This document shows positions 47,047-61,000 of a stretch of DNA of 64,000 nucleotides, in pieces. The notes under the pieces were generated by a model, which was not told the origin of the DNA, made no database searches, and saw only the letters and a list, made by a program, of their open reading frames with translations. A program made the translations under genes and the position numbers. Origin of the DNA: Dictyostelium discoideum (Eukaryota); assembly GCA_000004695.1 (NCBI GenBank), contig CM000151.3, positions 8,288,001 to 8,352,000 of the forward strand, written 5' to 3'. Numbering within the stretch: position 1 is the stretch's first letter; every line of letters starts with the position of its first letter.

Positions 47047-47816
47047 TGTGACACCGTATTTAAGTGTACACCAATGTTATATATTCTAAAAATTAGGAAT
47101 ATAAGAGTTATATATGTATTTTTTTTTTTTTTTTTGTTTTATTTCTTCTTTTAGATGTAACTGTAGGAAAAGAAAATTCTAAAATTCTCACCGTCAAATC
47201 CAACACATTTTAAAAAGTCAACAAAATTATTTGGTTTTGAAAAAAAATAAAATAAAATAAAAATAATTTACTTAAAAAACAAAAAAATTCATTTAAAAAA
47301 AAAAAAAAAAAAAATAAAATTTTTGAATTGTTTTTTTTTGTGTAATCAAGAAATTATTTCATTTTTTTAAGATGATTTTCCAAATTGGTGGAATAATAAA
47401 AATGTAACCCCCTAAACTAAACAATTTCTGACTGCCCTTCAATGAAATGAAAAAAAAGTAAAAAATAAAATAAAAAATAATAATTATGAAAAAAAAAAAA
47501 AAAAAAAATTTTTTAAAAAAACAAAAAAAAAAAAAAAAAAATAAATATAAACCAACAAAACAAAACAGTTAATCAAAATTTTTTTTTTTTTTTAAATAAG
47601 TTATTTATATATATATATAAATATATTTTTTTTTAAAAAAAAAAAGAAAAAAAAAAAAAAAACATTACAAACAAAAAAATTAGATTTTAAACCAACCGAA
47701 CTTTCACCCTTTTTTTTATTTTTACCACTTTTTTTTTTTTTTTTTTTTCCTCACTCACGCAAAAAGAAATAATCAATCTCAGCCACGTGTGTATATGGGA
47801 AAAACAGAGATATAAA

Positions 47817-47966
47817 ATGTCATCAAATTATTTGGATGGCTCCAGTTATATTGGTGATTGTAATAATAATGATAACAATGAAAACAGTGATTCATTAACA
47901 AGTAGTTATATCGATGATAACTCTGAAAATAATGATACCTATAAATACAAAAGTACAATTAAAACT

Positions 47967-47998
<32 letters not shown>

Positions 47999-49227
47999 TA
48001 ATAATAATACTAAAACTACTGCAAAAAAAGAAGCAACAAATACAAATATAAATTTTAAAAATGTAAATAATATAAAGATAAGTAATATTAGTATGGAATC
48101 ATTTGCATCTAGTACTGGTAGTAGTGTAAATTTTACATCTACCGATTCTGAACATCAATCACGTGCAAATAATGAAAATATATGGTATTTCTTAAAGAAT
48201 GAATGTTATGATACTATAAAGAATATTGGTGATTTTAAATCTTATCAAGAAAAACAAGAGAATAGATCAGTTTGTTCCTATATCATAGATCCATCAACAT
48301 CTGGTTCATCATATAGTAAAATCTATTCAAGTAGTGGTGGTGGTGGTAGTAATGATATTGATCAACCATCAACTTATTCCGATAATGTTTATTCTTCAAA
48401 TTTAAGAGGTGTCAGTAGTATTAGCGCTAGTAATCCAAATTCCTATGGTGGTGGTGTTGTAAATAGTAGTGGTGGTAGTTTATATAAAATGAGTTCGTCA
48501 TTATATGGTGGTAGCAATTATAATAATAATAACAATAATAACTATAATAGTCAGCCACAATCTTCACTTTATGCAACTAAAGACTCTTTATGGAGAAGTG
48601 AATTAAATGGTAAATAAATCATCAATCCCATCCTCATTATAATTAAAATAATAATTACTAACTTAATTCATATTGATATTATTATTATTATTATTATTAT
48701 TATAGATTCAACATCATCAGCATCGGGATTGAATAGACTACAACAACAACAACAAGAAAGACCTGCAGATAGTTCATTAAGTAATTTAGTATCATATATG
48801 TCATTAACAGCTAGTAGCGGAAGTAATGGATTACAATCATCTATTGGTAGTAATAAATCATCAGGTGGTGGTTCATATATTGAACAATATTTAGAACCAA
48901 ATTCACCTGTATTAAATAGCAGTGGTGGTGTTGGTGCTAATAATATTTATAATAATAGTTACTTAAATTCAAGTAATAATTATTTAAATAATAATAATAA
49001 TAATTATTTAAATAACAGTAATGCTGTTGTTAATAATAGTAATACTACTACTACTACTAATAATAATAATAATTCAGGATATCATTATTTATTCCATAAT
49101 AATAATTCATATTCTGATAGATCATCACCGTTATCATCACAATCAAATATCCATAATTCATTCTCTTCATCTGTTGGTTCATCAGCTTCTTCATTATCTA
49201 ATAGTAATAGTAGTAGTAGTAGTAGTA

Positions 49228-49295
<68 letters not shown>

Positions 49296-52200
49296 CCATC
49301 ATTAGTTATTTCAAGTTCATCATCATCCTCCTCCTCCTCCTCATCATCACAACCACAACCACCACCATCACCAACACTATCACAACAAAAAATTATAATT
49401 GAAGAACAAAAATTAATTCAAATTGATCAAGTTTTACCATGGAATGAAAGTTTTCAACAATTATTAGATAAACCATTAAAATCATTAGAAGAAGAAAGAT
49501 TACGTAATCAAAATATTACCTATTTTTCACAACTTTTAGCAAATCAAGCCATTAAATATGTAAAGACATTGGTTAGAGAGGTACATTTAACACCAGATAG
49601 AAAAACCATTAAACCATTTGATTTCGGTGGATTAGCAGGTGGTGAAAAGTATAAAATCGATTCAATGTTTATAAAATTTGCATTGAATCCATATCATATC
49701 TATGAATGTAATAATCCGACATCTTATTATGCAAGTAAAGCAGCTAATCATGAATTGAAATCAATTGAAAAGTTGGTTAGTTGTGCAGTACCAAATTTAC
49801 ATTTTCCTTTAATTTGTCTTTTAAATTATCGTGGATTTAGGTTAAGCGTAATCTCTGAATTACCAATTTCATCCAATACGATAGTATTTGGTAGTTCAAA
49901 TGCTGGTAATACAATTCACGATGATGAAAATGTTTATAAAATGATGGTTAAAATTGGTGAAATTATAAATTTAAAAAATCATATTGCAAAAGAAAATGGT
50001 AAATCATTTTCATCATCATCAACAACAACATCGACAGATTTATTTTCAAGTATAGGAAGTAGTAGTAGTAGTGGTAGTAATAGTAGTTCAAATAAAAATG
50101 GTGGATTATTTAAAATTCCATTAGCAATTGATATTGAAGGTCATCATGGTAAAGATGGTAGATATTATATTGTTGATTCAGCAAGATTAAGTGTACCAGA
50201 GAAACCATTGGCAGGTATAACAGGGGGATTTCTTTATAGATTATTTAGATTTGAATTTATAAAAAGATATGAGAATCAGTTATGTGCAGATTCATTTTCA
50301 AATTTTCAAGTATTAGATTTGGATAGTCATAATTTGGAGGTTGAAAAAGCATCACATTATTTAATTAATACAGTTATACCATCATTTGTTGAGAATGTTT
50401 TATTAAAAGATAAACAATCATTAAAGAAATTAAATTTAAAAGAGTTACTTCATAGGGATGGTATTAATCTTAGATATTTAGGTTTAATACTTTATAGAAT
50501 TTCATTGATTGGAAATTCAATGAAAATCATTTTAAATAGAATTGAAGTTTTAAAAGGATTACTTACAGTGGAAATGTTGGCTAGATTATTAAGATTTATC
50601 GTTTTCTCTGAAATGTGTAAATTAAATGAACCTGATGACCATCACCATTTACAAATTTGTGTTAATCATTTGAATTTACTATTATCGTCATCTGGTACGT
50701 CAATGGTTGATTCTCAAATCTATTGGTCAAATTTCATATCGAATGCGTTAATTGCAAAGTATACCTCATTCTCCTCATTATCCAACGACCAATGCCAAGG
50801 CTTGAAATCATTAATCAACGATTCCAATGGACTTTGTTTAATATTAAATAGCCAATCTACGAAATTACGTTATAAACTATTGAAAAAGTTTTCACGTTTA
50901 ACTGGTGTTATCATTAGTCCACGTTATTTACAACAATTGAAAACATTATCAATTCAAAATTCATTACCATCTTTTATGGCGAAATCATTGGTAATTCCAC
51001 CATTGACAGTATCGGATTTAATTGAAGTTCAAGTGGTTGTTAAACATATGAAAATTCTATCAACATTTAAAGCATTTGAAAAGTTTACCGATGCTGAACA
51101 ATATTATCTACAAGAATTGGAGAATAAATCACAAAAACTTGGTAAAGATCATACTCAAGTTGCAATCACTCATATTTATTTATCAGATCTTTACGTTTCA
51201 AATTTATTATTCACTCAAGCTGAAAAACATATAAATCATGCAATTGAAATTTATAATGTTAGATTTGGTTCAATCGATATTGGTACAACTACAACCAAAG
51301 AGAAATTAGGTTTAATTTATATTAAACAAAAGAAATATCAAGAAGCAACCACATTATTTAAAGAGGTATTAGAAATTAAAAAATCAATTCTATCAACTGA
51401 TAACATTGAAATAGCTGATACTTTTGATAATTTAGCATGGGTTTATCAAAATAAAGGTGATTTTCAATTATCAATTTCAAATTATTCTGAAGCATTAAGA
51501 ATTAAGAATGAAAAAACTGGAAATTCATTAACTACCGCTAAAACTTTAAATAATATTGGTCATTTATTTTTAACAACTAATGAAGTTAAGAAATCCATTG
51601 AAATCTTTTTAAAAGTTCGTGAAATCTTTATAACTCATCGTGGTCCTGAACATTCTGAAGTGGCAGTGGCTGAAGATAATTTAGGTATTGTTTATACTAA
51701 AACTAGAGAATATCCATTAGCTGAGAAATCTTTTAAATCTGCTATTGCAATTAGATCGAAACAGTATGGTAAGGAATCGGCATTAGTAGCATCGACTCAA
51801 AATCATTTGGCTCAATTATATTTAACATGGGGTGATATAGCAAAATCAAAACAATCTGAATCAATTGAATTGTTTAAATCATCGATTAATATCGTTGATA
51901 AATTCCCTGATTTCTACAGTCGTGCTTTCATGCGTTATTCATTCTCAAAATATTATCGTATTAAAAAAGATAAACCTCAAGAGATTAAACTAATAAATGA
52001 GGCATTATCAATTTTGGAAATGCATAATATCGTATCGGATTTAATAACAACTCTAAGGGAGAGAAGAGATTATCTCTCAAAAACTGGTTTTAGTAAAATC
52101 ATTGGTTGGGTACGTGATCCAAAACCAAACTCTTTAATTGGCTCAGGCAGTGGTAGTAGTATTGGTGGTATTCATTTAGGTGTTGGTCATCATACACCAT

Positions 52201-54473
52201 TGGTTAATCATCAAGCCTTTATTGAATCAGAAAATCATGGTTCTGGTCATATGGAAATGTCTTCAAATGCTTTTGCTTCAAAACATAATTCAATTCCAAA
52301 GGAATGGCAAGAAATTTTCAATGAAATTGGTATCACTAGTGAAGAATGGTCTGATCCACAATATTCTGCAAATTTACAATCAATCATTCAAGAAGCAATC
52401 ATTGAACAACAACTTAAAAATAAAAAGAATAGTCCAATAAATACAACAACAAGAAAAACAAAATCTAAAAAGAAATTATTATCATCCTCATCAACAACTA
52501 CTACTACAACCACAACTAATTCAACAAATACAACAGTATCTCCAATATTAGATTCAATTATTAGTAGTGCTGCAAAACTTGAAAAGAAACATAAAATGGT
52601 TTCAAAAGAAGTTAAAACAAAGATAAAGAAAGAGATGGACATAGTTAGTGAGAGATTTGAATCAACTACAACTATGTTACAATCAAATATTAGAGATAGA
52701 GTAAACTCATTATCACTTGGTGATACCTCAGGTGGTAAAGAGAAAATGTCTGAAGAAAGAAGAGTAAAACCAAATTCAATGTCTTCACCAAAAAGACCCT
52801 CAACTACTTCATCATTATCATCATCATCAACATCAACAACAACATCAACAACAACAGCAACTAAATTCACAGCTAGACGTCAAATATCAACAAGTTCACC
52901 ACTACCATCACAACCAACTAGTGGTTTAACTCCAATGACACAAATTAAATTGGTTAAAACTTCACAAATTTCAAAACCATCTCTACCAATGACGCCACCA
53001 TCATTGTCCTCACCAATTACATCTCCATTACCATCTCCCCCTCCACCAGGTGGAGCTGTTGTCAAAAGTCTACCAGCTCCTCCACCACCAGCTCCTCCAC
53101 CATCAGCTGGAAGTGCCCCACTATCACCACTACCACCATCATTATCTAGTGGTCCAGTATTAATGAAACAATCACCACCACCACCACCACCAATGTTTGA
53201 CCAATTAATGTCGATACCATCACCAATAACAACTCCAACTCCAACTCCAATCCCAATCCCAACTCCAATCCCAACTCCAACTTCAACTCAAGAATCAATG
53301 TATCCAAAAATGGATTTACCAACAACAACAGCAGCACCAAAACCAATTAGTAGACCAACATCATCACCACTTCCATCAAAAAATATATCTTCATCCTCAT
53401 CATTCTTTAATGGATTATTTAATAGAAAATCAACACCAGTTCCTGCCCCTGTTTTAAATTCAGGTTCGTCAATGGTCTCTCGTAGTTTCTCTAGTAGTAT
53501 AAAAGAAGAATCATCTTCACAATCAACTCCACCCTCATTATATCCAAAACTTAGTTTGGAAAAGATTGAATCCCATTCATCTGAGCCACCACCAGTAAGA
53601 CAAACTCCACAATATTTGTCACAACCACCACAACCACAACAATTACAACAACCACCACAACCACAACAATTACAACAACCACCACAACCACAACAATTAC
53701 AACAACCACCACAACCACAACAATTACAACAACCACCACAACCACAACCATTACAACAGCCACAACCACAACAATTACAACAATCACAACCACAACAAGA
53801 AACTCAATCAACTTTTTCAAAATTAAGAAATATTGTTAATATTTCAAATTCTGGTAATATTTTACACTCACCAACTTCTTATCAAACCTATACTCCAAAT
53901 TATTCAAACTTTTATTTGCAACAACAACCTCAACAACCTCAACAACCTCAACAACCTCAACAACCTCAACCACAACAAATGTTGTTGGATCAAGAAAGAC
54001 AACATCAAATTATTCAAGAGTCATTAGATTTTAGAAGATCAGCAACAACTGTATCTCAATCTTCATTAATATTATTTGATAGTGATGAACAATCATTACG
54101 TTTAAGTGATAATAAAATCTACGAAGATCTTGATGATAATAATGATGATGATGAACAACAAATCGAAAATGAATATCAAGAAGAGGAAACATTAGAAGAA
54201 TATTGTGAAGGTGACGAGCCAACACAATATTGTGAACTAAATGCTGATGAAGATGAAGTAGAAGAAGAAGAAGATGACGAAGAAGAAGATGAAGACGAAG
54301 ACGAGGAAGGCGAAAGTGAAAGTAACGAAGAAGAACAAGAAGAACAAGCTCAAGGGGTAGATGGAAAACTCCATTGGTCACAATTAAGTGAAATGTTAAA
54401 GACAGAAGATTTTGTAAATACTATAAAACAAAAATTAAGAGAAAACAAAAATAATTTCTCATTAAAAAAATAA
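47817..54473 (+). CDS. CLU-domain plus TPR protein (clustered-mitochondria/TIF31-like), long form with Pro-rich and acidic C-terminal regions
   Basis: The exons are 47817..48609 and 48706..54473. The intron is GTAAAT...TTATAG (96 nt, contains TACTAAC), and the phase-1 join is in frame with ORF 48729. The ORF-track 'M' at 47787 is GTG and the first ATG is 47817. The CLU core is GHHGKDGRYYIVDSARLSVPE (compare GSDGRHYLLD-AR-FP). It is followed by kinesin-light-chain-type TPRs (A-TL-NLG--Y---G-Y--A---Y--AL-I). Then come PPPP/PxP repeats, (QQPPQPQQL)x5 and a D/E-rich tail. Confidence 0.65.
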
Positions 54474-55529
54474 ATAATTTAATTCAATAGTTTATTATTA
54501 TTATTTAAAATAATAATAATAATAATAGTAATAATAAAAATAATAATTAATAATAATTAATAATAATAATAATAAAAATAAAAAAATAACAATAACCAAC
54601 AAATTGGAATATTAAATATTAAATTTAATTTAATTTCCAGCATGGAAAAAAAGAAAAAAAAAAAATTTGTAAATTAAAAAAAAGAATAAATATATATTTT
54701 TCATAAACTACATTTTTTTTTTCTTACTTATTTTTCTTCTCTATTTTTTAAATTATAATAATTTTTTTATTCTTTTTCATTTTTTATTTTAATCAATTAT
54801 TTTAAATAAAATAATTAATGAAAAAAGGTCAAATTAATAATTACAATAAAAAAGTTTGTACAAATATAATTTTAAATATTTTTTTTTATTTTTTTTTGTT
54901 TTTAAACAAAAAAAAAAAAGTGATCAAAAATTTAAAAAAAAGTGCTCAAAAAATAAAAAAAAAAAAAAAAGTTGGTTTTGTAGAATAAAAGATCTACCTT
55001 TTTATTATTATTATTATTTTTAAAATTATAATTTAATATTGAAAAATCTGTTTTTTCCCAAAGGGGAAAATCAAAAAAAAAAAAAAAAAATTATGTTTTA
55101 TGGTAATAAATAAATTCCCAAAATGGTTTAAATCTATCTTGTAAATTAATTAAAATTTTTTTTAAGTACAATATTTAGTGATTTTATTTTTTTTTTCTTA
55201 ATTTTTTTTTTTTTTTTAAAGTGTGGTAATTTTAAAAGTGGTTATATTTTACAGATTAACGATCACAACAGTAAAAACAACACAAACTAATACCAATGTT
55301 CAAATATATATATTAAAAAAAAAAACAAAACAAAAAAAAAAAAAAAAAAAACCACCCAAATTTATTTTTTGATCTTCTTTAACTCTTTTTTTTTACCCCT
55401 AATATAATCTAGAAAATTATTTTTATTTTGATAATTTCATTTTAATTTGAAAAATATATGGATTATACTAAACTTTAATATAAACAAATAATTTTATATA
55501 TTTGTTTTTTTTTTTTTTTTTAATTTATA

Positions 55530-55574
<45 letters not shown>

Positions 55575-55910
55575 GAGTATTTATCGGTTTATTATTTTAT
55601 CTTTTAATAAATTAAATAAAAGAAAAAATAAAAAAAATTTGAAAATATTTAAAAAAAAAAATAAAATTTATTACTGTTCATTTATACTACCACAAAAAAA
55701 AATCATCATCATCTTTTTGATTACAACAACAAAAACTACTCAAATATAAACACCATACTTTAATAATTTCCTATATATAAAAGATTAATATTTTTTTAAA
55801 CCACTTTTTTTATGGATTTACTCCACTTTGTGTTTTGAGAATTAAAAAAAAAAAAAAAAAATTAAAAACAAGCTAAAAAATTAAATTTAAAACAACACAT
55901 TTTGATTAAT

Positions 55911-55945
<35 letters not shown>

Positions 55946-56020
55946 ATCCACCTCACACATAAAAAAATAATTTTGGTTAAACATATACCACATTCATAAG
56001 CACACGAACACACAAATAAA

Positions 56021-56058
56021 CACACACACACACACACACACTATCGATTGTGTGTGTG
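56021..56058. repeat. (CA)n-ATCGAT-(TG)n inverted microsatellite
   Basis: cacacacacacacacacacactATCGATtgtgtgtgtg has hairpin- and Z-DNA-prone arms. It lies about 700 bp upstream of the ARH gene. Confidence 0.85.
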
Positions 56059-56633
56059 ATTTTTCAAAAAGTTTTTATACCATACTTAACATTTACCACC
56101 CCAATTTAAATAGTAAACTAATTATATTATAAAATCCCCACCATTTAAATAATTAAAAAAATCAAATTTTTACAACTTTTTATTAAATTTAATTTATTTT
56201 TATTTTGGGATTATAAAATCAGAAAATTAAAAAAAATTAAAATTCTTACCATTTTATTTTAATTTATTTAAATCACTAAATAAAAAATTTTAATACATTC
56301 ACTCATATATCAAATTTTAAAATAATAATAATAATTTTTTGTTAAAAAAAAAAAAAAAAAAATTATTTAATTATTTTTTTTTTTTAATTTTTTTTATTTA
56401 TATTTATTAGTAAAATAGTCAAGTAAAATATTTATATAAAAAATTTAGTATTCTTATTAGTTTTTAGTTTATTTTTTTTTTTTTAAATTTTTTTTTTTTT
56501 TTTTTTTCTAAACAATTTTTTTTTTTTTTTTTAATTATTCCTAAATTTATTCCCACTTTTTGCAATCATCATAGTATTATTTTAATTTTAATTTTTATTC
56601 GTTAAAAACTCTTTTATAAATTTATTATATAAT

Positions 56634-56685
<52 letters not shown>

Positions 56686-56737
56686 GTTAGATCAAATATA
56701 TTTGAACTTGATAAACAATAATAAGAAGACCAATTTT

Positions 56738-57719
56738 ATGATAGATTATTGGGTTGTATATATGGTTCAGTTTTAGGTGATGCTTATGGTTTAGGTAAAT
56801 AAATAATTTTTAAAAAAAAAAAAAAAAAAAAATTGTGTGTTAAAAATAAAATTTTAATTTTATTTTTTTTTTTTTTAATTTTTTTCAATAGCAACTGAAT
56901 TATTAAATAAAGAACAAATTATAAAAATATATGGTAGTAATCCAATTCCATTTCCATCAAATATAAGAACATCACATTCATGTAGATGGTTAAGAGGAGA
57001 TTGGACAGATGAAAGTGATCAAATGATATTAGTTATGGATTCAATTATTGAGAGTGGTGGTAAAATTGATGAAGTAAACTTTGCAAAGAAATTACAAAAA
57101 TGGGTAACAAGTGGATTTCCAGAATTGGGAGATCAAGCAGGTATCGGTTCAAGTTTTAGCTCAATTGCATTACAATCACAATTTACAAGCAATCCATTCT
57201 ATGTAAGTGAGAAGAACTGGGTCACAAGTGGTAGACGTTCAGCAACCAACGGTTCATTACCACGAGCACCCATTTTAGGTTGTATTCAATATGATAAATT
57301 AGCAAATGTAATTAGTAACTCAACAGCACTTTGTAAAGTTACTCATTTTGATCAACGTTGTATCATCTCTTCAAATGTTTTAGCAATTACAGTGGCAATG
57401 TTATTAAATAATGCTGCAACTAAAAAAGCATTACTATCAAGTACTGAAAGAAAAAATGATGAAGTTGATCATGTAATTGAAGAAGTTGCAAAAGGTGCTT
57501 GTAGCATGTTATCTGGTTCAATTCAAGAAAGAGTTGAATTTGAAGAAATCATTTATAATACTTCTTTGGAATCTTTAAATTTATCATATTCTGATTCATT
57601 ATCTTATGTTTTCAAAGGTTTAGGTGCTGGTTTTTGGGGTTTAAGATCAAATTATTCTTTTAAAGATACTTTAAATTTAATTGTTAGAGAAGGTGGTGAT
57701 TCTGATTGGTATGTTTTAA

Positions 57720-57789
<70 letters not shown>

Positions 57790-57971
57790 TAATTATTTAA
57801 TTTATTTTTTAAATTATTAGTAATGCATTTATTTGTGGAGCATTATTGGGTTGTAAAAATGGATATTCAAATTTACCAAAGGAATGGTTATGTGCATTAC
57901 CTTATAAAGAATGGTTAGATCAAAAAGTTGTTAAATTTGTTGAGATAGTTAGAAGAAGTAAAAAAGATTAA
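56738..57971 (+). CDS. ADP-ribosylglycohydrolase (ARH family); its start region is frame-disrupted
   Basis: Exon 1 ends at 56794 (donor GTAAAT), exon 2 is 56892..57708 and exon 3 is 57821..57971. The introns end TTCAATAG and TTATTAG. Family motifs are present: N-terminal ...LLGCIYGSVLGDAYGLG (compare GSLLG-AVGDALG), GDWTDESDQMILVMDSI (compare TDDT-M) and, across intron 2, REGGDSD|CNAFICGALLGCKNGYSNLPKEWL (compare GGDTDTNAAIAGALLGA-YG---IP--W). The ATG at 56738 is +1 out of frame with the Gly-rich exon. Reading ATGgATAGATTATTGGGT would give MDRLLGCIYGSVLGDAYGLG, so I infer one missing G. Confidence 0.6.
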
Positions 57972-58082
57972 GTTTAAAAAAAAAATAAAAAAAAAATAAA
58001 AAAATAAAAAAAAAAAAAAAAATAAAAAAAAAATAAAAAGTATATATATAAATAAAATAAATAAAAAGGGATAAATTTAATT

Positions 58083-58118
<36 letters not shown>

Positions 58119-58239
58119 TATATGTATATTTACAAAGATTATTTTTATGTTTTTATTTATTTTTTTTTTGCTTTTTTTTGCTTTTTTTTGCTTTTTTTTT
58201 TTTTTTTTTTTTTTAATTATTTAATTATTATTATATATA

Positions 58240-58700
58240 TTAAATATATTGATCTGCAACATTTCTTTTTTTTTGAACTTGTTCAATAAAAGAATTTTCT
58301 AAACTTGTAAACTCTCTTGATAAACATTCCATTGATTTTTGTACACATTCTAATGGGTTTGTATTATTATTTGTTTGAATTCTAATATTAACATTATGTT
58401 CTAATGGATGAGGCATTCTATAACCTGCAAATATGATATCTTGGTCTGCAATTAATTGCATTCTAATGAGGTTTCCAATTGTGTGATCCTCTTTTAATAT
58501 TGTAAACATTGATGCATTTGGAATCTTTGTGTCTCTAACCATTGTAACTCTTTTAAATATTTATTTTCATATAGATAATATATGAAATAGTAATAATTAA
58601 TATATTGAATTCGTATTATTTTAAATTTTTATTTCGTTTAGATTTTAATAAAAAAAATTTTAGAAGAAATGGTAAAAATGGGTGCAACAAGATTTTTGAA

Positions 58701-58731
<31 letters not shown>

Positions 58732-58807
58732 AAAAAAATATATAAAAGTATTACTTTTTAGCTCCGTCCGGTAGGACAAATAATTCGAAACGATCGGGTG
58801 CATTCAT
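58240..58807 (-). CDS. rpb11: DNA-directed RNA polymerase II subunit RPB11 (POLR2J)
   Basis: The minus-strand exons are 58807..58755 and 58549..58240. The intron is GTAATA...TTTAAAAG (205 nt). The 120-aa product MNAPDRFELFVLPDGAKK|KVTMVRDTKIPNASMFTILKEDHTIGNLIRMQLIADQDIIFAGYRMPHPLEHNVNIRIQT... aligns with RPB11 (MNAPPAFESFLLFEGEKK...KDTKVPNA..EDHTLGN...FAGYKVPHPLEH...R-QT). Confidence 0.8.
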
Positions 58808-58861
58808 CTTTTAAAAGTTATAACTTTACTTGAAAAATAGTTTATATAAAATTTTTGAAAA

Positions 58862-58893
<32 letters not shown>

Positions 58894-59239
58894 GTGTGTG
58901 AAACAAAAAAAAAAAAAAAAAAAATTTGAAAATGTCTGAAAAATAATTCCAAAAAAAAAAAAAAAAAATAATTGAAACCATGGAGATTAATCCATTTAAA
59001 AAAATCTAAATTTATCATTTTGTAGATAAATTAAAAATAGGAATTAAAATTTTTTTATTTTTTTCGGGATTGAGAAATATAAAATAATAAAATAATGAAA
59101 AATTGTAAAAAAAAAAAAAAAAACAAAAAAAAAAAAAAAAAATATAAAAACAAAAATCAAATCCATTTTAAAATAATAATAATAATATAACCATAACAAT
59201 AATTATTAATATTCAAACTTTTATTGTTAATAATAATAA

Positions 59240-59270
<31 letters not shown>

Positions 59271-59285
59271 ATAAAAGTAAAAAAA

Positions 59286-60386
59286 ATGGAAAAAATAAAT
59301 CAAACTCCAAAAAAGCATAAAATTATTGAACCGAATAGAAAAGGTTATTCAATTGTTGGCAAAAATACTGGTAAACCAAATAAAATTTATTTTGAAACAT
59401 TTGGTAATGGTCCAAAGAAAATTTTATTTATTACTGGATTTTTATCATCATCTAAAGGTTGGTGTAAACAAATTGATTATTTCACAAATAAAAAGGATCA
59501 ATATGAAATTTGTGTTTTTGATAATAGAGGTATTGGAAAATCAAATATTGATTCAAAATATTCATATAATTTTTCAACAAAATCTATGGCAATGGATGCA
59601 ATTGATCTGTTGGAAGACACATTAAAATGGGATAAAGTTCATATTTGTGGCTTGTCAATGGGTGGTATGGCATCAATTCATCTATCTTCAATTATACCTG
59701 AAAAAGTACAATCTCTAGTTATTGCATGTGTTCCAAATGGATATTTTTTACCATTCTTTTCAATGGGTGTATTCAATTATATCCGTGCTTTTTTCTTCAC
59801 ATTTAATGAAAAGAAAAAGGCAAGAATATTTCAATCATTAATGTACTCTGATAATTATTTAGATGAGAAAACCAATGGATCAGATGAGACTAGAAGTGAA
59901 CAAATGTTTAAAAAGAATTCAACCGGATTTAAAGATGATGGTCCTTCTTTTTTAACTATTTTGGGTCACCAAATTGGTTACATTACCAATAGATTCTCAA
60001 AGAAATCATTGGAAGTTATTAAAAAATATTCAATTCCAACCATTGTAATAAATTCTAAAAAAGATTCGTTGGTCACTATTGATATTACAAAAAAACAAAT
60101 TGTTAATCCATTGAAGCCATTAAATTTTCATGTTATTGAAGGTGGTCATTTAAGTCAACTTGAAAATCCAACTTTTTTTAATAAATTAGTTGAAAATCAT
60201 GTTGATAAACATTCAAATTGGGATCATTCAACTTTTTTTCAAGTTGAAAAACAACAATTTCAACGTCAATCATTTATGACACAAAATATATTATACTCAA
60301 AGAACTATTTATCATCAAATACATTATCATCATCATTTTTAAATTGTAATACATTAAGATCTTTTTTCAATAAAATTAAAGTTTAA
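59286..60386 (+). CDS. alpha/beta-hydrolase fold serine hydrolase
   Basis: It is a single exon of 366 aa. It has an HG-type oxyanion region ILFITGF and the nucleophile elbow GLSMGG. A later His lies in VIEGGHLSQLENP. The overall order is typical of the abhydrolase_1/6 families. Confidence 0.7.
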   Translation: MEKINQTPKKHKIIEPNRKGYSIVGKNTGKPNKIYFETFGNGPKKILFITGFLSSSKGWCKQIDYFTNKKDQYEICVFDNRGIGKSNIDSKYSYNFSTKSMAMDAIDLLEDTLKWDKVHICGLSMGGMASIHLSSIIPEKVQSLVIACVPNGYFLPFFSMGVFNYIRAFFFTFNEKKKARIFQSLMYSDNYLDEKTNGSDETRSEQMFKKNSTGFKDDGPSFLTILGHQIGYITNRFSKKSLEVIKKYSIPTIVINSKKDSLVTIDITKKQIVNPLKPLNFHVIEGGHLSQLENPTFFNKLVENHVDKHSNWDHSTFFQVEKQQFQRQSFMTQNILYSKNYLSSNTLSSSFLNCNTLRSFFNKIKV

Positions 60387-61000
60387 TAAAAATAAAAATC
60401 AAATATGTTTTTTAATTATATTTTATTATAAATTTAGTTTTCTTATTAATTAATTTATTTCTTTTTTTTTTTTTTTTTTTTAAAGAAAATTTTTTTTACT
60501 TATCCCTGTGGAATTAATAATATTAGTAGTGGAAATTTAAATTCTTTAAATAAGGGGAAACTAAATATTAAAGAGGTCATCACTCTTTTTTCTGGATTTT
60601 ATTTTTTTTTTCACAAAGATTCTGTTCCACAAGAAAAAAAAAAATCACACAAGTTCTCTAAAAATAAAAATAAAAGAAAATATAATAACCATAATACCAA
60701 CAAATAAAAAAAATATTTCAAAATAAATAATTATTTTATTTTTTTAAACAAATAAATTGTATACCGAGATAAATAAAGAAATAAAATAAAATAAAATAAA
60801 TTATTCTTGTTTTAATTGTTAACTATTGTACATATTTTATTATTTTGTTTTTTTTTTTTTTTTTTTTTTTGTTGGTATCAGTAAATTTAGTACCAAAAAA
60901 AATAAAAAAGGTGGTAGGAAATAAAATTTTGGGTGGAAAAAAAAAGACAAAATCCAGTCATTTATTCATTTCACTCTTTTTTCTGGACTTATATTTCGTT

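Noticed and set aside
49021-54381. Internal and antisense ORFs within the CLU-like gene (poly-I, poly-V, His-rich)
   Set aside because: They are repeat-tract artefacts opposite or out of frame to a continuous 1914-aa sense ORF.
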